A stretch of 64,000 bases of DNA, taken from a virus. Position 1 is the first letter of the stretch; every line of letters starts with the position of its first letter. The notes under the pieces were generated by a model. That model saw only the letters and a list, made by a program, of their open reading frames with translations, did not search any database and was not told the DNA's origin. Shown here in pieces: positions 58,012 through 64,000 of the stretch. The stretch lies in the IMG/VR virus record IMGVR_UViG_3300028920_000037, positions 76,496 through 140,495 of that record, one strand, 5' to 3'. Position numbers and translations under genes: made by a program.

Positions 58012-58237
58012 ATTCATTGTATCTCTTTGCGCCGGTCTCCTGCTCCTCGCAACGCACGTCATCGTGTGGATGTGGGGGTACGCTGCTGCGTGTAACGCGT
58101 GGGCAGCGATCGCAAACACAGGCAAGTTCATCGTTTGGGATGAGAGTGAATTCCGTGTCCAGTACAACAATATTGACCACGAACTGGATAAGTGTTTGAG
58201 AAACATTCCAGAGGAAGAAGAGCATGGATCCCAATAA
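58004..58237 (+). CDS. Small membrane protein
   Basis: N-terminal TM. Confidence 0.45.
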   Translation: MSEFIVSLCAGLLLLATHVIVWMWGYAAACNAWAAIANTGKFIVWDESEFRVQYNNIDHELDKCLRNIPEEEEHGSQ

Positions 58238-58539
58238 ACACGACAGTGACTCTTCCGTTGATAGCATTTGTTGAGCGACACTCGCGCTACCGCGCCTATG
58301 CTGAGCTAAAACGTCGAGGCTATTCACACAACCAGGCACGGCAGATGGCTAACAAGAAATACAGGATAGCGATATGGTCAACATCGTAAAAAAAGGATGT
58401 TCTGATTGTCCATTTAGGCGGACGCAGCATCCCTACGGGTGTTGGGCAGGTGGAAAGGTTTCCGTCTACTCAAATACAGTCGGTGATGATTGTCCGCTTC
58501 TGGTTGAACCTGTTGCTGTATCACTTGGCGCTCAACGCA

Positions 58540-58968
58540 ATGATTCCACCCCGTAGTCCATTTTCTCTGATCCAAGAAGACCTTTGGCCGTCGACGTGGC
58601 TCGTGCTCGTCTCGTGCATCCTGCTGAACTGTACGTCTCGAAAGCAGGTCCAGCGGGTGATGCCAAGGTTCATCGACGAGTGGGATACGCCAGCAAGGTT
58701 TCTCGATGCAGATGAAGGAACAGTCAAGGAACACATCAGGTTGCTCGGGTTCTCTAATCGACGGCTCGATCGTCTCAGGAGACTTGCACGAGACCTTGCC
58801 GCAGGACATTGGACAGATCCTCGACACCTATCAGGCGTTGGAGAATACGCTGCAAGAGCATACGAGATCTTCTGTAGATGTGAATTGGGCGAAGACGCAC
58901 CGAACGACGGAAGCCTTGCAACGTACTGGCGATGGGCAAAGAAGAATTATGAAGCCCAAGCGCTGTAA
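58540..58968 (+). CDS. MBD4-like HhH-GPD DNA glycosylase domain
   Basis: PPRSPFSLIQE..W...LLN.T...LG...R..L.GVGEYA..Y.IF...PND..L..YW.W. Confidence 0.85.
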   Translation: MIPPRSPFSLIQEDLWPSTWLVLVSCILLNCTSRKQVQRVMPRFIDEWDTPARFLDADEGTVKEHIRLLGFSNRRLDRLRRLARDLAAGHWTDPRHLSGVGEYAARAYEIFCRCELGEDAPNDGSLATYWRWAKKNYEAQAL

Positions 58969-59203
58969 GCTATACCGGATCCGTTCAGACGTGAAGTTAT
59001 TCGCGTCGATTGCATTCCTCGTTATAGACGGATCGATCGAGGATCTAGAAGGAAGGGAGTTCGGTCGCATCAAGCTTGAGCCGAACGAACCCGTACTCCT
59101 CATCGACAGGTACTATAGCACAAGCTGGTACGTCTGCCTTATGCGCAACAAGATTGTTGTAGTCAACAAGTTGGACCTCTGTGATGGTAAAGAAAGACGA
59201 TAA
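58949..59203 (+). CDS. Hypothetical protein
   Basis: Coupled ORF. Confidence 0.45.
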   Translation: MKPKRCKLYRIRSDVKLFASIAFLVIDGSIEDLEGREFGRIKLEPNEPVLLIDRYYSTSWYVCLMRNKIVVVNKLDLCDGKERR

Positions 59204-60005
59204 GAAGTCGAACTCGCCGTACAGGCATGTCCCGCTGTGGGGGCCTACACGCAAGACGATCAAGATCACACCTCAGAACTCTGGTAGCTTTGTCGACGCT
59301 GTCGTCAGAGACGAGGACGGTAACAAGAAGCTCGACGCCGGCGTGGGTGACAGGATCATCGTCCAAAGGTTCAACTCTCTTGCAGATTCGAGGATGGACC
59401 TCAACGAAGGGATCATCGTTGGTCTGGGAGACGACGGGCTCGTAAGGTGGTTCGACGAGGTACGCGAGCAGTGGTTCTTCTTCTACTGGAACATTGAAAA
59501 GCGTCCGTTGCTGCTCAAACGCGTTGATTCGAGCGGCGTAACACGGCAGAAAGGCCGACGTCGGAGGAGGAAGGTCGATGATGCGCCTAAGGCGTCTGAA
59601 AAAGAAGTCGTCAGCTACGATAGGCTCGATCATCCGATGGGATCGTTCGTATTCGACCCTCCGATGACAGTCGAATTCAAGCTCGGAAACAACGACAACG
59701 GAATCAATGGGGCAATCAAAGAAATCGATTTGCCCGTTGCCGGCGAGGGGGCTGAATCCCTACACGATGACATCGGCCTGAAGCTGAACTTCATCTGGGA
59801 CCGTTTCTGCGTACCTGATCCGTTGACGCTCGACGAGGCACAGGTCGCTCTTCGCGAAAGATTTTTAACATTTGCCAGGAAGGTTGACAAGGAGGAACAT
59901 GTCACCAAAGTACGAGACATTGCCAATAAGGACGACAAGGTACAAGCTGAAGAGCGTCCTAGCACACTTCAGGAGCAGCAAGGCGCAGCAGGTCATCAAG
60001 ACTAG
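59181..60005 (+). CDS. Hypothetical protein
   Basis: 274-aa ORF. Confidence 0.6.
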   Translation: MMVKKDDKKSNSPYRHVPLWGPTRKTIKITPQNSGSFVDAVVRDEDGNKKLDAGVGDRIIVQRFNSLADSRMDLNEGIIVGLGDDGLVRWFDEVREQWFFFYWNIEKRPLLLKRVDSSGVTRQKGRRRRRKVDDAPKASEKEVVSYDRLDHPMGSFVFDPPMTVEFKLGNNDNGINGAIKEIDLPVAGEGAESLHDDIGLKLNFIWDRFCVPDPLTLDEAQVALRERFLTFARKVDKEEHVTKVRDIANKDDKVQAEERPSTLQEQQGAAGHQD

Positions 60006-61197
60006 CGCGTTCATCTTTCACGCACTGAACAACTTCACCCAGAAGCCCGGCATCTTTGCGTTCGGTACGCTCGTAACAAGCGTGGCGGAACACTTCATCG
60101 ATGGATCATATAGGTACGCTAACGTTAGCTTCTTCACAGATATGGGATGGGTGAAGGGATTCTCGAACTCGATCGGTGCGTTGATAGCGCAGGAGTGTAT
60201 GGGATACGTGTACGATACGTATGAGTTTTCGGATTCGACGACGTTTGTTGCAAAGTTCGCTGAGTTGGAAGGTGTCAAGTTCGGGTGGATCGAGGTGAGG
60301 GAATCATTATCGAAAACAAAGTTCATGTATGACGATGATGGGGCGAACATCTTCATTGAAGCAAACATGCTTGAGCGCGCGCATGAGGTGATCAGGGCGC
60401 TCTTCTGGCGCAAGTTCCAGGACAAATCGATCGTGCTCAATCAGGACTTTGATCCGTTCTTTAGACACACGAAGATGAAGTTCAACGTGGACGAGCTCGT
60501 AGGCGCACTACCGTCAAGACTTGCAGAAGAGTACGCTGATGATTTCAGGCAGGCGTTTGCTGTCAACGAGTCCCGTGCGCTGATGCTGTACGGACCTCCT
60601 GGATCAGGGAAGTCAACGATCGCTCGCCAGGTCGCGGACATGCTGAAACTTCGTAGCTTTAGGTTGAGGGTCGATAGCCTTGACAACGATTCTGAACTGC
60701 TGTACAACGTCATCGAGCTCTTCAGACCTGACTGCATCATTCTTGATGATTTTGATCGTGTTAACAACCAGGAACACCTCCTCGAGATGATCTCGAAGAT
60801 CAGGAAGTTCGTCAAGCTGATCATCGCTACAGCAAATAACAGATCGAACATCGACGAGGCGATTATGAGGCCAGAACGCTTTGACGAGCTGGGATACGTC
60901 AAGTGCCTCGACGATGACGTTGTCAGAAACATGCTTGGAGACGCAGGACACATGTTCGAAGCAGTCGCTGGATGGCCGATCGCGTTCATCTCAGAACTTC
61001 GTCGTCGCCAAAAGTGGCAGACCCCAGAGAAGGCAGCATCCTCCATCGCCGAGCTTGCGGGTAGGGTCGAACGCCTGAAGGCGTACGAGGATGACGACAA
61101 CTATGTGAATATCGCAAGGAAGTCGGGTACGAAGAAGCTAGCGACCTGCGAGGTGTACGAAAAGTGCGAATCAACCAGCAGAGAATCGTCGAGGTAA
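59899..61197 (+). CDS. AAA+ ATPase
   Basis: YGPPGSGKS, IILDD, TAN, RPERFD; SD aggagg. Confidence 0.9.
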   Translation: MSPKYETLPIRTTRYKLKSVLAHFRSSKAQQVIKTSAFIFHALNNFTQKPGIFAFGTLVTSVAEHFIDGSYRYANVSFFTDMGWVKGFSNSIGALIAQECMGYVYDTYEFSDSTTFVAKFAELEGVKFGWIEVRESLSKTKFMYDDDGANIFIEANMLERAHEVIRALFWRKFQDKSIVLNQDFDPFFRHTKMKFNVDELVGALPSRLAEEYADDFRQAFAVNESRALMLYGPPGSGKSTIARQVADMLKLRSFRLRVDSLDNDSELLYNVIELFRPDCIILDDFDRVNNQEHLLEMISKIRKFVKLIIATANNRSNIDEAIMRPERFDELGYVKCLDDDVVRNMLGDAGHMFEAVAGWPIAFISELRRRQKWQTPEKAASSIAELAGRVERLKAYEDDDNYVNIARKSGTKKLATCEVYEKCESTSRESSR

Positions 61198-61300
61198 AGT
61201 CCCTGAACGTTGACAGCTAGACAAGGTGCAACAAGCGTCCTCTTAAGATACGATATAACCGCTAAGAGGGCATTTGTTGCCTTTTACGCAAAAGGAAACC

Positions 61301-61609
61301 ATGTTAGTTGCGCTCGAAGCAATCATCGTCCTCTGTCTTTTGGCAGCCATAATCGAAGTCGTCCAGGGGTTCAACCGACGTAGCATGAAGCGCCTAGAGC
61401 AGAAGGACCAGGCGATCAGGCTCGCCCTCAGGGCGTTGGAATCTACGAACCCTGCGAATGTCAAGAGGACGTTCCACGTTGCGGGTGAGTTGATGCCCGA
61501 CGATACGAAAGCTGCTCTCGAAGAACACCTGAACGACCTTGAGTTCGGTGACCACGACTACGTAAGGCGCCTCGAGGCAGCGGTCGAAAGGTCACGGCAA
61601 GAAAAATGA
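61301..61609 (+). CDS. Membrane-anchored hypothetical protein
   Basis: N-terminal TM. Confidence 0.55.
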   Translation: MLVALEAIIVLCLLAAIIEVVQGFNRRSMKRLEQKDQAIRLALRALESTNPANVKRTFHVAGELMPDDTKAALEEHLNDLEFGDHDYVRRLEAAVERSRQEK

Positions 61610-61926
61610 TCAGCTACCATGCATGTGATGTACTCAGGCACGTCGGACCCGCGTCCTGTTTGCATTTTTTGCCGGGAGACCTCGTTGAACTTAGATGGAA
61701 GGATCCAGGCGCCACGCGCGGCATCATCGTCAACATAAGTTCAGATGAGATGGTAGCGTGTGTCCTTTGGGCGAAGAAAAAGAAGGACTGGAGGGCTGGA
61801 TTGAGTACTTTGTCTTTCCTATCGAAGGGTGAAGTTTCCTTCATTCCGATGACAATGCCGTTTGGTTCGCTGTTCTACACGCATTACAAATACGGAGCCA
61901 ATAAGGATGATAAGGACGTACAGTGA
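61606..61926 (+). CDS. Hypothetical protein
   Basis: PGDLV..GIIV..VLW. Confidence 0.5.
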   Translation: MISYHACDVLRHVGPASCLHFLPGDLVELRWKDPGATRGIIVNISSDEMVACVLWAKKKKDWRAGLSTLSFLSKGEVSFIPMTMPFGSLFYTHYKYGANKDDKDVQ

Positions 61927-62320
61927 CGTCACAAGCGTAACGCCTGTCGAAGAAAAAAGACTGCTACGATACAGTGAAATCATCGAGCCTGGAACGATGG
62001 TGAGGTGGTGGCTCGATTTCTTTAAGAAGACGTGTGGGATGGCCATTGCCCAGTCAGAACGTGGTATCACGGTTATCTGGGCTTGTCCACCTTCAAAGGA
62101 CGTCGAAATACTAACTCCGAGTGCTTTTGCTAACCTTAATGGCTATGATTCACACAGCGCTGGTGTTCCTAAAAGAAGCTTCAGAAAAGCTGATTTTGGT
62201 GACACCATTGATAACGAATACGACTTCAAGATGAAGATCATGAAGAAGCGAACCATTACTTCGCCGTTCAATATCTTCATAGATGATGGGGCACGTGCAC
62301 TTTACACCAGCACGACGTAG
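61907..62320 (+). CDS. Hypothetical protein
   Basis: PGTMV..GMAI..VIW, resembles the previous ORF. Confidence 0.5.
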   Translation: MIRTYSDVTSVTPVEEKRLLRYSEIIEPGTMVRWWLDFFKKTCGMAIAQSERGITVIWACPPSKDVEILTPSAFANLNGYDSHSAGVPKRSFRKADFGDTIDNEYDFKMKIMKKRTITSPFNIFIDDGARALYTSTT

Positions 62321-62332
62321 AACGTCTACGGC

Positions 62333-62902
62333 ATGAGGTTTCCGCTACCACGCCAGAGGATCGTTGCCATCGTTGATCGTTCGGGGTCGATGCGACCGAT
62401 CGCTGAAGAAGTCGTTGCGGCACACAACGAGTTCATCACTTCTCAACGCCATACAGCGCCGGGTGGTTTGACGCGAGTGCTGTTCAGCAGCATGTGCGAA
62501 GTTGATGCGATTGACGTTGATATCAATGATAAATGTGCGTTGCTTGATATCGACGCGTATGCCCCCAGTGGAAAGACAGCGCTCTTTGACGCGATCGGTG
62601 TCGGCATTGAGTTAGGTTCTCGAGCAAACGAACCCGTCATCGTGTTCGTTGTCACCGATGGGTTCGATAACATGTCAAAGACCTACGGGAGGAACAGCCT
62701 GAAGGCACTCATTGATGAATGCAAGGAAGCAGGCTGGAAGTTCTTCTTCATGGGTGGAGGGGATGTAGACGCCCAGCGCGACCAGGCCCGAGAAATTGGG
62801 ATCGACGATTACGAGGGATTTGAGATGAACGCTGGATCGCTCAGGTCCGCAAGTAGGACGATTTCGGAGAGGATCTCCGCTGCGCGATCAGGCTCCGAAT
62901 AG
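62333..62902 (+). CDS. VWA domain protein
   Basis: MIDAS DRSGSM, TALFDA, VTDG. Confidence 0.9.
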   Translation: MRFPLPRQRIVAIVDRSGSMRPIAEEVVAAHNEFITSQRHTAPGGLTRVLFSSMCEVDAIDVDINDKCALLDIDAYAPSGKTALFDAIGVGIELGSRANEPVIVFVVTDGFDNMSKTYGRNSLKALIDECKEAGWKFFFMGGGDVDAQRDQAREIGIDDYEGFEMNAGSLRSASRTISERISAARSGSE

Positions 62903-63913
62903 GCCGACGTCTGAGATGACGAGTTCGCCCGTATCGGGACGTACCATGATGTTCGATTCGTGCAGGTCGTGCCACTCGAACTCGTACGTCTCTTCGAGGT
63001 ACTCGAGCGTGCGTACAAGCGACTGGACGTTTCTATCATCGATAAACGACTTTGCAAGTTGCGGGTTGTCGCCGTAGCGCCTCGACGTCGGGAAGATGCG
63101 ACCTAACACAATGTTCAGCAACATGCCCTTTAGGATGTGGGAGAACTCGTTCCAGTCAAAGTCATCGTCTATGAACGCTCCTGCTTCGCTACCTGCGTGC
63201 TTTACGTTCGTTGAGACATAGAAGTCAACGATGTTGGAGATCTCGTCCGGCTTCGTACCCGGTTCGTAGAGCTCGTCGGCTATCGTTAGATCGTCTATCG
63301 TAGACACAACAACGTTCCTGACGAACGGGCTAAGGGCTTCGTCTGCGTGCATCGAGGATAACACGCCCTTTGTCAACTTATTTAGCAGGCTCGAGTTCTT
63401 CGTAAGTCCAGACATCCTCTTTTGGGTGATGTCCGCCCTTGTGTCCTTGCTTTTTGATTTCCACAACGAGCTGGCGACGTTCCTCGGGACCGGGATGAGG
63501 TACTCAACAAGCACACATCTGTTGAACTCCTTGTTGTATACGTCCCCAGCTTCACGTGTTGTTTTTTCATCAACATTGAAGATTTCGAATATCGTAGGAA
63601 GGTGACGCCCGTAGACACGCGGCACGTGTTGTTTGATCTCCATCGCCTTTGTGTAAATCGGCGATTCGTTCGTTGGAATGAACTTTGCAACATGCCTCTT
63701 TCCGCGCCAAACAACCTCGTACGCTCGGGCGGCGATACCCTTGCCAAGGAACGAGTCTTTTTCTCCTGATGGAATCGGCACGATATCGTGCGAAATGAGC
63801 CAGTGCACGAGCGGATCGTCCGATCCTTCGGCCCACTGCCGCAACATGTCGACGTTGCCCTTCTCCTCGAGAAGCACTGAGAGGATGTAGTGGCGTACGA
63901 GGCTGTTGTCCAT
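62888..63913 (-). CDS. Protein kinase-like (Hanks-fold) protein with shared leader
   Basis: LGKGIAARAY, VAK, VEY, HDLHESN, SDVG; ATG 63913 behind TAGTTA (63922-63927). Confidence 0.82.
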   Translation of the reverse strand: MDNSLVRHYILSVLLEEKGNVDMLRQWAEGSDDPLVHWLISHDIVPIPSGEKDSFLGKGIAARAYEVVWRGKRHVAKFIPTNESPIYTKAMEIKQHVPRVYGRHLPTIFEIFNVDEKTTREAGDVYNKEFNRCVLVEYLIPVPRNVASSLWKSKSKDTRADITQKRMSGLTKNSSLLNKLTKGVLSSMHADEALSPFVRNVVVSTIDDLTIADELYEPGTKPDEISNIVDFYVSTNVKHAGSEAGAFIDDDFDWNEFSHILKGMLLNIVLGRIFPTSRRYGDNPQLAKSFIDDRNVQSLVRTLEYLEETYEFEWHDLHESNIMVRPDTGELVISDVGLFGA

Positions 63914-64000
63914 TGTTAGATTAACTACCCTGTAAATCATGCCTTTTGTAGATGCACATAAGGTTGGTTGGTAGTATAATAATTCCAATACCTTGGAACG

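Noticed and set aside
8509-61100. Long antisense ORFs (e.g. 8509-9168, 30391-31002, 60441-61100)
   Set aside because: Shadows of + strand genes with no motifs.
1-64000. tRNA or rRNA genes
   Set aside because: No cloverleaf or T-loop pattern recognised in the few intergenic gaps; a tRNAscan run would confirm.
1-64000. Alternative genetic code (stop recoding)
   Set aside because: Recognisable enzymes are full length in code 11, and TAA, TAG and TGA all occur at sensible ends.
1-64000. Abundant GATC/TCGA palindromes as evidence of protected DNA
   Set aside because: Impression only; it can arise from codon usage and needs Markov-corrected counts.

Overview
Gene-dense, mostly + strand segment of a large (jumbo/huge) tailed dsDNA bacteriophage in the standard genetic code. 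The host is probably Gram-negative (spanin/holin-like trio, lipoprotein). It carries RNA end-healing/sealing genes (Pnk, RNA ligase, phosphoesterase, several Pol-beta-type nucleotidyltransferases) and replication/repair genes (DnaE, two DEDDh exonucleases, 5'-3' exonuclease, MBD4-like glycosylase). It also carries nucleotide-metabolism and sugar-nucleotide genes, auxiliary genes (panD, SOD, Dps, PCD-like), proteases and lysis candidates. Main highlights: (1) DnaE is encoded in three separate ORFs. The second break is a canonical split intein with a free-standing homing endonuclease between the halves. The first break has no splicing residues, but its ends resemble a catalytically dead half-Hint module that could clasp the pieces non-covalently. 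(2) About ten unrelated proteins (including SOD, a Nudix hydrolase and a protein kinase) share an N-terminal amphipathic 'LRxx(I/V)Rxx(L/I)..E' leader and often sit behind a TA(T/C/G)TTA motif, suggesting a late-expressed capsid-cargo targeting system. (3) A thymidylate-synthase homologue with the cytosine-specifying Asp, a GT-B-like protein, a 4-epimerase and a UDP-xylose synthase suggest sugar-modified hydroxymethylcytosine DNA. All calls are from motif recognition by eye; no searches were run.
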